A stretch of 64,000 bases of DNA from Nitrospirota bacterium (GTDB lineage: Bacteria > Nitrospirota > Thermodesulfovibrionia > Thermodesulfovibrionales > UBA9159). The translations under genes and the position numbers were made by a program. The stretch is taken from the NCBI GenBank assembly GCA_963699545.1, contig CAVOUE010000003.1, positions 288,001 through 352,000 on the forward strand. Direction: 5' to 3'. The notes below the pieces were generated by a model that did no database searches, was not told the DNA's origin, and saw only the letters and a list, made by a program, of their open reading frames with translations. Shown here in pieces: positions 29,466 to 43,474 of the stretch. Within the stretch, counting starts at the first letter, position 1. Each line of letters starts with the position of its first letter.

Positions 29466-29951
29466 TTACTCTTGTCCTTCGTCGATGACATACGTTACCG
29501 TCACCTTCAGGTCCTTGCGAAGGGAATGGTAGACCGAGCAATATTTGTCCTGGGAAAGGGAGATGGCCCTATCCATTTTCCTGGGCGTGATATGTTTCCC
29601 GGCAATGTGGATCACCATCTCTATGGCCTTATAGTATTGGGGAGGCGTGGGGTTCCTCTCCCCGGAGATATCGATCCTGCATTTCGAAATCACCGCCTTC
29701 ATCTTCTGAAGAAAAGAGACAACGTCGATCGCGAGACAGCCGGCGACGCTCATCAGCAGACTTTCCGTGGGGATGCATCCCCACTGGGCCTGCGCATCAA
29801 AGTCGATTTCGTATCCCCGCTGCGTCCTGCCGAGGAATATCAGGTCTTTGTCCCAGGTCAGCGTGCCCTTGTTCACTGGCATGATCTTCCCCTTGTATCC
29901 CTCCAGGGATTGTTCCAATGACTCAGCGTCTCTGTCTTCAGTAATACTCAC
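29466..29951 (-). CDS. OsmC/YhfA family protein
   Basis: GTG start after GGAGG; PTESLLMSVAGC..DVV, LSQDKYCSV. Confidence 0.85.
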   Translation of the reverse strand: MSITEDRDAESLEQSLEGYKGKIMPVNKGTLTWDKDLIFLGRTQRGYEIDFDAQAQWGCIPTESLLMSVAGCLAIDVVSFLQKMKAVISKCRIDISGERNPTPPQYYKAIEMVIHIAGKHITPRKMDRAISLSQDKYCSVYHSLRKDLKVTVTYVIDEGQE

Positions 29952-30133
29952 TGTTTCCTCCCGAAGATCACTGTCCGAAGAATGAGGACAAAACAAAGCA
30001 GCTTCCTCTCTATTCAAAATATGCTTATTATATAGCATAACGGCAAAAGACTGTAAAGACTGCATTCTTTCCCTCTTGCCGCCCCACTTGCCGCATCTCT
30101 TGATAAACAGTGCCCTTTTGCATAGAATAACCC

Positions 30134-32009
30134 ATGCGCTACGTGATCCTCGGCACAGCAGGCCATATCGACCACGGCAAAAGTTCCCTTGTGAAGGCCC
30201 TCACCGGCATCGATCCCGACCGCCTGAAGGAAGAAAAGGAGCGGGGGATCACCATCGACCTCGGATTTGCCGATCTCACCTACCCCGACGGTCTCACCGT
30301 GGGGATCGTGGACGTCCCCGGGCACGAGCGCCTCGTCCGGAACATGCTTGCCGGGGCAGGGGGTATTGACCTGGTGCTCCTTGTCATTGCCGCAGACGAG
30401 GGCATCATGCCCCAGAGCCGTGAACATCTCGCCATCTGCAATCTGCTCAAGATCAAATCAGGCCTCATCGCCGTCACCAAGGCGGACCTTGTTGAAAAAG
30501 ACTGGCTGCACCTTGTGATGGACGAGGTGCGCGGCTTCGTGAAAGGAACGTTCCTCGAGGGCGCAGAGATCACTCCCGTCTCTTCCAAGACCGGAGAGAA
30601 TCTGGATCTCTTGAAAGAAAAGATACGGGAGGTTGCACTCAGGGTCGAGCCGAAACCGGAGAAGGAGATCTTCAGGCTTCCCATAGACAGGGTATTCACC
30701 CTGAAGGGCTTCGGCACCGTGGTGACCGGCACCGTAGTCTCAGGAACGCTTTCGCTGGACGAGACGGCAGAGGTACAGCCTTCCGGCATCAGCGCCAAGG
30801 TGAGAGGGCTCCACAGCCACGGCAAGGCGATCCGGACCGCCCGTGCAGGACAGCGGGTGGCGATCAACCTCCAGGGGGTGAACAAGGAGGACCTGCGGCG
30901 CGGCGATGTGGCAGTGACCCCGAAGAATATTCAACCATCCCGCATCATTGATGCACGCATAGACCTTCTCGCTGAAGTATCGCCGCTCAAGACCAAGAGC
31001 CTTGTACATTTCCATATCGCCACGTCAGAAACCATCGCCAGGGTCATACTCTACAACAGGGATGAACTGAACGCGGGGGAATCCTGTTACTGTCAATTGC
31101 GCCTGGACGAACCGGTGGTGGCCCTTTCCGGGAGACCGCTTCATCGTGAGGAGATTTTCTCCTGTTCTGACCATCGGCGGCGGAACAGTTCTCGATCCCT
31201 CGCCTGACAGAAGAAGGCGCAAGGATTCCACAGCAGACCTTGATATCCTTGAAACTGGCTCCCTCCCTGAAAAAATAGCGGCGAAGGTGAAGAAGGCAGG
31301 GTTGAAGGGAATGAACGTATCCTCCATCACCGGATGGATAAAGGCGGAAATTCCGGCCATCGAGCAATCCCTCGGCCGGTTGAAGTCCCAGGGCCTCCTC
31401 ATACAGCTGGGCGACACCCTTTTCCAGCAGGACATTTATAGCGGGTTTTCCAGGAGCATCGCGGAAGCGCTCGACGGCTTCCACAAAAAAAATCCCCTAA
31501 GCCCCGGCATGCCCAAAGAAGAGCTTCGGGCCCAGATGAGGATGCGTCAGGATATCTGGGGAAATTGGCTCAGTTCGCTGGACAGCGTGGTAGTGGACAA
31601 GGAAGTGGTAAGGCTCAGGAGCTTCATGACTGCCTCGTCCGGGTCTTCTCCCTCCGCTTCAAAGATCCGCGAAACCCTTGAAAGAGCGAAATTTCAGCCT
31701 CCCGCAAAGGAAGAGCTTGCTGAAAGCCTCGCTCTTCCCCCAAAGACGGTAACGGATATGCTCAAGCTCATGGGCAAGGAAGGTACGCTCGTGAGGATCA
31801 ATGATTCCATGTATATTACTGCAGCTGCATATAAGGAGCTCATCTCTTTGCTCAGGGCCTTCTTTGGGAAGAAGCCGGAGATGACCGTGGCGGAATTCAG
31901 GGACATCCTCGGAACGACCAGGAAGTACGCCCTGCCCTTTCTGGAATATCTGGATTCCAACAACATAACGCTCAGGGTGGGTGATGTCAGGAAATTCCTC
32001 CTGAAATGA
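30134..32009 (+). CDS. selB: Selenocysteine-specific elongation factor (1-nt insertion at 31130-31132)
   Basis: [24 protein letters not shown] after correction, C-terminal [12 protein letters not shown] winged helix. Confidence 0.95.
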
Positions 32010-32026
32010 AGAATGAGGAGGGAAAA

Positions 32027-32102
32027 TGGTGGGCAGTCGCAGAATCGAACTGCGGACACGAGGCTTTTCAGGCCTCTGCTCTACCGACTGAGCTAACTGC
32101 CC
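32027..32102 (-). tRNA. tRNA-Phe (GAA)
   Basis: 76-nt cloverleaf GGGCAGTTAGCTCAGTCGGTAGAGC...GAGGC-CT-GAA-AA-GCCTC...GTTCGATTC...CCA. Confidence 0.97.
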
Positions 32103-32199
32103 GTGCTATCAACTATAATCATTGGCGCTTTTTGTTGTCAAGGATGGTGAAGGAATACGCGTGCCTGTCGTCATTCCTGCGACGAGTGAAGGTGGCGTA

Positions 32200-33730
32200 A
32201 TGGAACTGAAAAAGAATGTAGGCGCATATGGACCGGCAGCCCTCTCCGGCGTTTTACTCATTCTTGCCTTCCCCACCTTTGATCTCTATCCCCTGGCATG
32301 GGTCGCCCTTGTGCCCCTTCTCGCTCTCCCTCTGGGACAAGAAACCAACAGCGGCTTTCATCAGCGGCGTGATCACGGGTGTCTTCTATTTCTTCGGCAC
32401 CCTTTATTGGATATACCACTCCATCACGCATTATGGGTCGCTGCCTCTTCCGCTCAGTGTCGGCCTGGTCGTTCTGCTCAGTCTCTATCTCGGGCTCTAT
32501 CCCGGCCTGTTCGCCCTGATCTTTTCCCTCAAGATCAAGACGTCACGGCTCCCTGCACTCCTGCTGGCCCCTGTCTTCTGGGTAACACTCGAGTTTATCC
32601 GTGCTTACGCCCTCACCGGCTTTCCCTGGTCGAGCATAGGATATTCCCAATACCGTTTTCTCTACGGCATCCAGTTTGCTGACATCACAGGAATTTATGG
32701 CGTCTCTTTTATCGTGCTTGCGGTGAACGGCGCCGTTGCTGATGTGTTCATAGCAAAAAGACGAAGGGCTGAGATGCCTCTTTTCCCCTTGACCCACACC
32801 CTCGCCGGCTTTGTCGCCTTCGGTACGGTCCTGCTTCTCATTTTCGGCTACGGATATTGGAGAATTCACCAGGAGCGCCCCGGAGCGTCCCTCAGGGCAA
32901 GCATCGTTCAGGGGAATATCGAACAGGACAGGAAATGGGCGCCGGCCTATCAGGAAGAAGTCACGGCCATATACAGGGAATTGGCCGCCGCTGCTGCTGC
33001 CTCATCCCCTTCTTTGATCATCTGGCCGGAGACCGCTGTGCCGTTTTATTTCGGCTACGATGCTGCCCGTTCGGATGCTCTTGTGGCGTTCCAGCGCCAG
33101 TTGAATTCCTATCTCCTTTTCGGAAGCGTCATGGTGAAGAGCCCTCCTTCCGCGCAGAATCCCGCACTCCTCACCAACAGCGCAGTGCTCCTTGACAGGG
33201 AAGGAAATGTCTCCTATATTTATGATAAAATACATCTTGTCCCCTTTGGAGAGTATGTTCCCCTGAGGAGTCTTCTTTTCTTTGTCGACAAGCTCGTTGC
33301 CGGCATCGGCGACTATGAATCGGGCGACAAGGTGATTAAGGCAAACACGGCTGTCGGCAGTTTCGCGACCTTTGTCTGTTACGAGATCATATTCCCGGGA
33401 CTTGTGAGGAAATTTTATTCCAGGGATGGGGATTTTATCGTGACGATTACCAATGACGCCTGGTTCGGGAGGACCACCGGTCCTTATCAGCACTTCAGTA
33501 TGGCTGTTTTCAGGGCGATAGAGAACAGAAAGCCGGTGCTCCGTGCCGCGAACACCGGCATTTCCGGTTATATCGACAGCAACGGGCGAATTTCCCGCGT
33601 GACCCCACTCTTTGAAAGACGGGTGGAAACCCTTGATATCAGGACGGACAAGAGCAGGAGCTTCTATTCACGGTACGGAGATATATTCTCCTATCTCTGT
33701 ATTGTTGCCCTGCTCCTCTTATTACTCTAA
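32200..33730 (+). CDS. lnt: Apolipoprotein N-acyltransferase (1-nt insertion near 32324)
   Basis: GFPW, VQGNI, WPETA, YDKIHLVPFGEYVP, CYE, NDAWFG, RAANTGIS. Confidence 0.94.
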
Positions 33731-33747
33731 AAAATTGGAGGTATGGT

Positions 33748-34858
33748 ATGCTGCGCATTGACGAAATAAGGCAGGAACTTCTCAATCTCAGGCTGAAGAC
33801 CGAGGCACTGAGAGGTTATCTTTGATGTCCGGGGGCTTAGGGAAAAGATAGAACACCTCCAGAGCGAACTTGCCCTGGAGTCCTCCTGGACGTCACCGCA
33901 TCGGCTGCACGAACTGCAGAAGAAAAAGGCGGTCCTCGAAAACATCCTTTCCCCTTTTGACGCCGTTGACGAAAAACTCTCCTACCTGGAAAATTCCCTG
34001 GATATCCTGGAAGAAGAAGGAGGAGATGCCTTTTTCAAAGAGATCCATGAGGAGATAGAAGACCTCAGGGAGTCCATTAAGACCATAGAGCTGAGACACC
34101 TTCTTTCCGGCGAGATGGACATCAACAATGCCATCATGACGATCCATCCAGGCGCAGGGGGAACGGAAAGCCAGGACTGGGCGCAGATCCTCATGAGGAT
34201 GTATCTGAGATGGGCCGAAAAAAAGGGGTTCACCACCCAGATCATTGATCTTCTGCCCGGTGAAGAAGCAGGAATAAAAAGTGTCACCATAACGGTTTCA
34301 GGCCCTTACGCCTACGGATATCTGAAAGCGGAAGCCGGCGTTCACCGCCTCGTGAGGATATCTCCCTTTGATGCGAACAAGCGCCGACACACCTCCTTTT
34401 CTGCGGTCCTCATATTTCCCGAGATCGAGGAAGATATGGATGTGAATATCAATGAAGATGATTTGAAGATCGATACCTACCGGGCGTCGGGGGCGGGCGG
34501 GCAGCATGTGAACAAGACATCTTCCGCCGTCAGGATTACCCATCTGCCCACGGGCATTATTGTGGCCTGCCAAAATGAACGGTCTCAGCACAAGAACAAA
34601 GCCACGGCAATGAAGATTCTAAAGGCAAGGATATACGATCTTCAGCTGAGGGAGCAGGAAAAAAGGATGGAAGGCATTGTTGGGGACAAGAAAGGCATAT
34701 CGTGGGGAAATCAGATCAGGTCCTATATCCTTCAGCCTTACCGGCTTGTGAAAGATCACAGAACCGATATCGAGGTCGGCAATGTGGATGCGGTTCTTGA
34801 TGGGGATATTGATAGATTTATCGATGCGTACTTGAGGGAGATGAGCAAGGTGGCGTAG
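33748..34858 (+). CDS. prfB: Peptide chain release factor 2 with programmed +1 frameshift
   Basis: AGAGGT-TAT-CTT-TGA at codons 25-26 (33820-33825); +1 frame open through the SPF and GGQ motifs. Confidence 0.96.
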
Positions 34859-35192
34859 TGCTCTTCTTCTACTTTTTATATAAGTATTATAGAAATAGTA
34901 GTAGGAGCGGTTAAAAAGTGTGGAGAACCGGAAGAGCGAGGAAACAAGCCGGGGGGAAAAGGCAACGGGTGTGGATAGTTCGGGTATTTTTCATGCGTCT
35001 TTGTTAAATGTTTTTCCCAATTTCAGTTCGACACACGTTCTTCACAGGCAGCCTTCAATCTTCTTGCCAAGGGGGTGGGGATAAGGTATAATATTTTGCC
35101 CACAGGGGGGTAGTTATTAACACGTTGTTAGTAAGTTGTGAATAAAAAAGGCCCTTTTAAATAATACTGATCTTAACAGCGCCAGGGAAACC
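34859..35192. other. Replication origin oriC
   Basis: AT-rich DUE with TAGTAGTAG trios (34896-34904); DnaA boxes TGTGGAGAA 34919, TGTGGATAG 34970, TTCTTCACA 35038, TGGGGATAA 35076, TTGCCCACA 35096, perfect TGTGAATAA 35137; directly upstream of dnaA. Confidence 0.88.
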
Positions 35193-36524
35193 ATGCCTTT
35201 GGAAGACATATGGAATAAGAGTCTCTCTATCATCGAAAAAAAAGTGGGCGCCAATGCATTTGAGCTCTGGTTCAAACCCATTAAGCTCACCCAGATGAAA
35301 GAACAGGTCGCGACACTGGAAATTCCCAACAGGTTTTTCAGGGACTGGGTGGAAGACTATTACCCCAATCTTATCAGCGAGGTCATGGAGGAGATCGTCG
35401 GGTCTCCGGTAACCCTGAAGTTCAAGATAGCGGAGAAAGAAGATTCTGCGATCAAGAAGATCGATGCGCGTCTTGAGGGGCGGCGGCAGCGACTTGCCAG
35501 CAAAGGGATCTATCTGAATCCGAAGTATACCTTCAGTAATTTTATTACCGGACAGAGCAATCAATTTGCCCACGCTGCTGCAGTAGCGGTGTCGGAATCC
35601 CTGGGGATGGTATACAACCCCCTGTTCGTTTACGGCGGGGTCGGCCTCGGAAAGACACACCTCATTACCGCCATCGGCAATAAGGTTGCGGACAAAAGGC
35701 ATGATTACAATATTCTCTACGTTTCTTCGGAACAGTTCACCAACGAATTCGTAGCTGCAATGAGACATGGGAAAGCCGAAGAGCTCAAGGGGAGATACAG
35801 GAACCTCGACCTCCTCCTCATTGATGACATCCAGTTCATCGAGGGCAAGAGCGGAACCCAGGAGGAGTTATTTCACACCATTAACGCCCTTTACGAGAGG
35901 CAGAAGCAGATTGTGCTCTCCAGCGACAGGCCCCCGAAGGAGATCAAGAATATCACCGACAGGCTCAGGTCGAGATTCAGTATGGGTCTCATCGCGGACA
36001 TACAACCGCCCGAGGTCGAACTGAGGATGGCGATCATCCAGAAGAAAGCGGAGACGGAAAGGATCCATCTCACGAGCGAGGTGATCTATTATCTTGCCTC
36101 GAAGATCAAGTCCAATATCAGGGAACTTGAGGGGAGTCTCATACGGCTCGGCGCCCAGGCTTCCCTCACCGGCGAGGCCATTGATGTCCCCATGGCAAAG
36201 CACATGCTCAAGGACATCATCTCGGACGAAGACCGGCCGGTAACCATTGACCAGATACAGAAGACCATCGCGGAATTCTTTTGCATCAAGCACCAGGAGA
36301 TGAAGTCGAAGAAGAGGACAAAAGAGATCGCGATCCCCCGCCAGGTCGCGATGTATGTCTGCAAACAGCTCACGGAGTCGTCCTTGAGTGATATCGGAAA
36401 GAACTTCGGAGGGAAAGACCATGCCACGGTCATTTACGCGTGCAGGCAGATCGAAGACAGAAGGTCGAAGGATGAAGATTTCAATAAGAAGATCGAAAGT
36501 CTCTTAAAACGGATAAAAGGATAG
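35193..36524 (+). CDS. dnaA: Chromosomal replication initiator DnaA
   Basis: YNPLFVYGGVGLGKTHL, LLIDDIQF, RLRSRF, FGGKDHATV. Confidence 0.98.
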   Translation: MPLEDIWNKSLSIIEKKVGANAFELWFKPIKLTQMKEQVATLEIPNRFFRDWVEDYYPNLISEVMEEIVGSPVTLKFKIAEKEDSAIKKIDARLEGRRQRLASKGIYLNPKYTFSNFITGQSNQFAHAAAVAVSESLGMVYNPLFVYGGVGLGKTHLITAIGNKVADKRHDYNILYVSSEQFTNEFVAAMRHGKAEELKGRYRNLDLLLIDDIQFIEGKSGTQEELFHTINALYERQKQIVLSSDRPPKEIKNITDRLRSRFSMGLIADIQPPEVELRMAIIQKKAETERIHLTSEVIYYLASKIKSNIRELEGSLIRLGAQASLTGEAIDVPMAKHMLKDIISDEDRPVTIDQIQKTIAEFFCIKHQEMKSKKRTKEIAIPRQVAMYVCKQLTESSLSDIGKNFGGKDHATVIYACRQIEDRRSKDEDFNKKIESLLKRIKG

Positions 36525-36536
36525 TAAGGAGGTCGT

Positions 36537-37637
36537 ATGAAGCTGAGCATTTCGAAGGACGAGATTCAGGAGAAGCTGTCGAATATCCAGAACATCGTGG
36601 AGAAGAGAAACACCATGCCGATCCTCAGTCATTTTCTCCTTGAAGCGGGGAAGAAGGGCACGCATATCGTGGCAACGGACCTCCAGATAGCGATAAAAGA
36701 GCCTCTTGCGGCAACGGTCCAGAGCGAAGGGAAACTCTGCATCCCTGCCAGGAAACTCTTCGAGATCGTGAAGGAGGCGGAGGGAGATATCACCATAGAG
36801 TCCGAGGACGAAACGTGGATAAAGGTATCCTTTGGAAAATCCCGGTTTCGACTTGCCTGTCTCCCCTCCGGGGAATTCCCTGCATGGCCGGGGGTGGAGA
36901 GCGCCGCGGAGATCCGGTTCAGCATAGACGCTCTCTCGGAGATGATCGAAAAGACCATTTATGCCGCAGGGGAAACGGATACCAGGTACACGCTCAATGG
37001 CCTGTTATTTCATATAAAGCCCGGGGACGAGAATATCATGGTCGTCGGAACGGACGGACACCGTCTCGCCCTTCTCCGGAAGGGACTGGAGGCAAAGGTC
37101 ACGGATGAAAAAAAGGTGATCGTGCCGAGGAAGGCGGCGGCCGAACTGAGAAGGTTCTTTGGCGGTTCGGAGAGCGTTTCTGCTATAATAGGAAAGAACC
37201 ATATTCTCTTTAAAATCGGGGATGTCCATTTCCTGGTGAGGCTGATTGAAGGTTCGTATCCCAACTATGAGCAGGTAGTGCCCCCCTCCAACGAAAAGAA
37301 GGTCGTGGTGAGCAGGGAAGACTTTCTCAGAACACTCAGGAGGGTGTCCATAATGTCCAGGGAAAGGAGCAATGCCGTGAGGGTCGATATTGCGGGTGGC
37401 GCCCTGGCGGTCTCCTCTTCCAATCCCGACATAGGTGAGGCGAGGGATGAGATAAGTGTGGAATATGGAGGGGAAGATATATCCGCGGGCTTTAACGCGC
37501 GGTATCTCATGGATGCGCTGGGGGCCATGACCGCTGAGAGGGTGGTCTTTGCCCTTCAGGACCCGCTGAGCCCCACCCTGCTGACGGAGGAAGGGAAAGA
37601 GGAGTATAAGTGCGTTGTCATGCCGATGAGGATTTAG
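36537..37637 (+). CDS. dnaN: DNA polymerase III beta clamp
   Basis: GTDGHRL, VIVPRKA, GFNARYL, VVMPMRI. Confidence 0.97.
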   Translation: MKLSISKDEIQEKLSNIQNIVEKRNTMPILSHFLLEAGKKGTHIVATDLQIAIKEPLAATVQSEGKLCIPARKLFEIVKEAEGDITIESEDETWIKVSFGKSRFRLACLPSGEFPAWPGVESAAEIRFSIDALSEMIEKTIYAAGETDTRYTLNGLLFHIKPGDENIMVVGTDGHRLALLRKGLEAKVTDEKKVIVPRKAAAELRRFFGGSESVSAIIGKNHILFKIGDVHFLVRLIEGSYPNYEQVVPPSNEKKVVVSREDFLRTLRRVSIMSRERSNAVRVDIAGGALAVSSSNPDIGEARDEISVEYGGEDISAGFNARYLMDALGAMTAERVVFALQDPLSPTLLTEEGKEEYKCVVMPMRI

Positions 37638-37663
37638 CCTTGGCGAAATAAAGAATGGGTCAA

Positions 37664-37712
37664 GGGGTCCGGGATGCACGTGGTCACAGTGAGACGTGAA
37701 CCCCGGATCCCC
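37664..37712. terminator. GC-rich hairpin between dnaN and gyrB
   Basis: GGGGTCCGGG..CACGT / ACGTG..CCCGGATCCC; no clear U tract. Confidence 0.4.
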
Positions 37713-37746
37713 CGAATCCCTTCGATTATTCTGAAGCACAAAATAA

Positions 37747-40168
<2,422 letters not shown>

Positions 40169-40211
40169 CAGCGAGAGCTATAGCTATGATGGGTACAGGG
40201 AAAGCTCAGTC

Positions 40212-40725
40212 TCAATCCCACCAGAGAGGGTGGGGGCCGTATATCCAGTAGCGTGACGGGGGATAGTGATACGATTCTTCCTCCCATAGGTGGTATCTGC
40301 TTTATCTCGAAAAGGGGATAGGCGAACCCCCCCTCATCCGCAGCGCCCTTGTGCATCCGGACAAACTCGGCCGCAAGAGTGAACTTCCTCCCCTTATAGT
40401 AGATCAGCGGATCGATGGCACCACTCCCCTTGGGAAAAGCGGCGAGATATCCCTCGCCCTCGTTCCCTGTGAGGTAACCCTGCGAATCGACTGATACGTA
40501 AATGGCCTCTATAAGGGACCCTTCCGGTGTCACAGTGGTGCCCGTAATGATCCCTCCGAGGATCATCAGTTTCCCCTTATAAAGATCAGGGTGCGCCCGC
40601 ACCTCTAACAGCGGCACGTTCCTGATGCCCGTGTCCATGAGGTCATTCCTGATGACAGGGGCGCAGCCGGCAAGAGACACGCCGGCGAGGAGCAAGAGTA
40701 TCGGTACGATAGAGGCCCTTTTCAT
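40212..40725 (-). CDS. Slp-family outer-membrane lipoprotein (1-nt insertion at 40292-40293)
   Basis: Lipobox LAGC, ILGGII, DPLIY..GR..T, YP; corrected end QIHLWEEE...PLWWD-stop. Confidence 0.8.
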
Positions 40726-40908
40726 GTTCTTAGTTTACCATGATTGCCGTGCGGAGTTTGCAGCCCGTGAATTTTCACCACTATCAAAATCCCAACAGTA
40801 AGTGCGCAAATCTCCTGTTTTCGCCCTTCTTGGTGATACTATAGCATACAGAAGACGGTCGATGAAACGGGATACGAGTCAGTACAATAACGACTTTTTT
40901 ATTGCAGG

Positions 40909-40928
40909 AGATACCCTGCAGGGTATCT
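40909..40928. promoter_or_regulatory. Perfect 20-bp palindrome resembling a CsoR/RcnR-family operator
   Basis: AGATACCCTGCAGGGTATCT is its own reverse complement; core ATACCC-N4-GGGTAT. Confidence 0.5.
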
Positions 40929-41028
40929 TTACTTTCCCTCTCAAAAAGAGCGTATTTTTGGCTCTAAAATTTCTGCCGATGTGTTAAAATAACTGGATTT
41001 AAGAACGAGAGGAAGGGGATCCATTTCG

Positions 41029-43439
41029 ATGGCAAAGGTACCGGTAAACATAGAAGAGCAGATGAAGGTGAGCTACCTCGATTACGCCATGAGCGTGATC
41101 ATCGGACGGGCGCTGCCCGAGGTGAGGGATGGGCTGAAACCCGTCCAGAGGAGAATACTCTATGCCATGTTCAAGGAAGGACTCCTCCCCGGGAAGAAGT
41201 ATTCCAAGAGCGCCGGTGTCGTCGGAGAGGTGCTGAAAAAATATCATCCCCATGGCGATTCTGCTGTGTACGACGCCATGGTGAGACTTGCACAGGACTT
41301 CAACCTGCGGTATCTGCTTGTGGACGGCCAGGGGAATTACGGCTCTATTGACGGGGATCCCGCTGCTGCATACCGGTACACCGAGGCAAGGCTTGCAAAG
41401 ATCGCGGAAGAGCTCCTGGCGGACATCGAGAAGGAGAACCGTAGACTTCACCCCAAATTTCGATGAAACAACCGAAGAGCCGGTGGTGCTTCCTTCCAGG
41501 ATCCCCAATCTCATCATCAACGGCTCCTCAGGGATTGCCGTGGGCATGGCGACGAATATCCCGCCCCACAATCTCGGCGAGATCATTGACGGTCTGGTGA
41601 TGCTCCTGAAAGACCCGAATGTTTCTGTGGAGGATCTCATGACCGCAGTGAAAGGACCGGATTTCCCCACGGGCGGAATAATCCATGGCACCACCGGGAT
41701 AAGGGACGCATATGAGAGGGGCCGGGGGATCATCAAGGTCAGAGCAAGGGCGAGGATCGAGCGGGAGCATAGGGGTGGAGAGAACATTATCATCACCGAG
41801 CTCCCCTATCAGGTGAACAAAGCAAGGCTCATAGAGAAGATGGCAGAACTCGTGAGGGAAAAGAAGATAGAGGGGATATCCGACATAAGGGATGAGTCCG
41901 ACAGGGACGGCATCAGGGTCGTCCTTGAGCTGAAACGCGGCGAGATGGCAGAGGTGGTCCTCAATAACCTCTACAAGCATACCCAGATGGAGACGACCTT
42001 CGGCATCATCATGCTGGCCATCGTCGGCGGAAAGCCAGAGGTCCTGAATCTCCAGGCCGTGCTGAAACACTTCCTGCGTCACAGGAAAGATGTCGTCCTC
42101 CGGAGGACACGGTATGAACTGAGAAAGGCGGAGGAAAGGGCCCATATTCTCGAAGGACTAAAGATCGCCCTTGACCATCTCGACGAGATCATCGCCCTCA
42201 TAAGGGCATCGAAGAGCCCTGAGGAGGCAAGACAGGGATTGATGTCCCACTATCCTCTTACCGAGATCCAGGCCCAGGCGATCCTGGATATGAAACTCCA
42301 GAGGCTCACCGGTCTCGAGCGCGAAAAGATCATCGCCGAGTACAAGGAAGACGCTGAAGGAGATAGAGAGACTGAAGGCGATCCTGGGAAGCGAAGCCCT
42401 GGTTTCGAAGATCATCAGGGACGAACTCCTGGAGATAAAGACAAAGTATGCGGATGAGAGAAGGACGGAGATCTCCGAGGAGACGAAAGAGATCACCATT
42501 GAGGACCTCATCACTGAAGAGGAGATGGTGATCACCTTTTCCCATCAGGGGTATATCAAACGGAACCCCCTGAGCGCCTACAGAAGCCAGAGGCGTGGAG
42601 GCAAGGGGCTCATGGGCATGGAGACCAAAGAGGAGGATTTTGTTGAGCAGCTTTTCATTGGCTCCACCCACGACTATATGCTCTTCTTCAGCAACCTTGG
42701 ACGGCTCTACTGGCTCAAGATATACCAGATCCCCGAAGCGGGGCGCGCGGCAAAGGGCAAGGCCCTCATCAATCTCCTTTCCCTCTCAGAGGGGGAGAGA
42801 ATAACCACAGCACTCCCCGTGCGCGACTTCACCGAAGGCTATCTCGTGGTCTTCACCAAGAACGGCGTGGTGAAGAAGACCCTTTTGGAGGAATACAATA
42901 ACCCCAGGGGCAAAGGGATCATCGCCGTGACCCTGGAGGAAGGGGATGAACTCATTACGGTGAGGAAGACCGACGGAAGGAGCGACTTCATCATCGGCAC
43001 GAAGGAAGGCCTTTCCATCAGGTTCAATGAGGAGGATGTGAGGCCCATGGGAAGGACCGCCAAGGGTGTCATCGGTATACGCCTCCTCAAAGGGGATGAG
43101 GTGGTTTCCGCGGAAGTGGTCGAGACGAACACCGCGCTGCTCACCGTTACTGAAAAGGGGATCGGCAAGAGGACAAAGCTCGAGGAATACCCTGTGCAGG
43201 GGAGGGGCGGAAAGGGTGTCATCTCCATAAAACTTACCGAGAAGGGCGGAAAGGCAGTCGGCCTCATGCAGGTGAGGGACGAGGATGAGGTGGTGATGAT
43301 CGCCAATACCGGAAAGCTCATCAGGACCGTCGCCGGCAATATCTCCATTCACGGCAGGAACACCCAGGGGGTGAAACTCATGGATATGGAAGAGGGTGAC
43401 CGGATCGTGAGCATGGGCAGGGTTGCAGAAAAAGATTAG
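41029..43439 (+). CDS. gyrA: DNA gyrase subunit A (1-nt insertions at about 41437 and 42348)
   Basis: [29 protein letters not shown], GyrA box QRRGGKG; spread over three ORFs. Confidence 0.97.
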
Positions 43440-43474
43440 CTGAGAACGTGCGCCGTCCTCCGCACGCTACACAG

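Noticed and set aside
28055-32009. Selenoprotein (UGA read-through) near selA/selB
   Set aside because: I found no gene whose homology continues in frame past a TGA; the broken ORFs are frameshifts, not UGA stops
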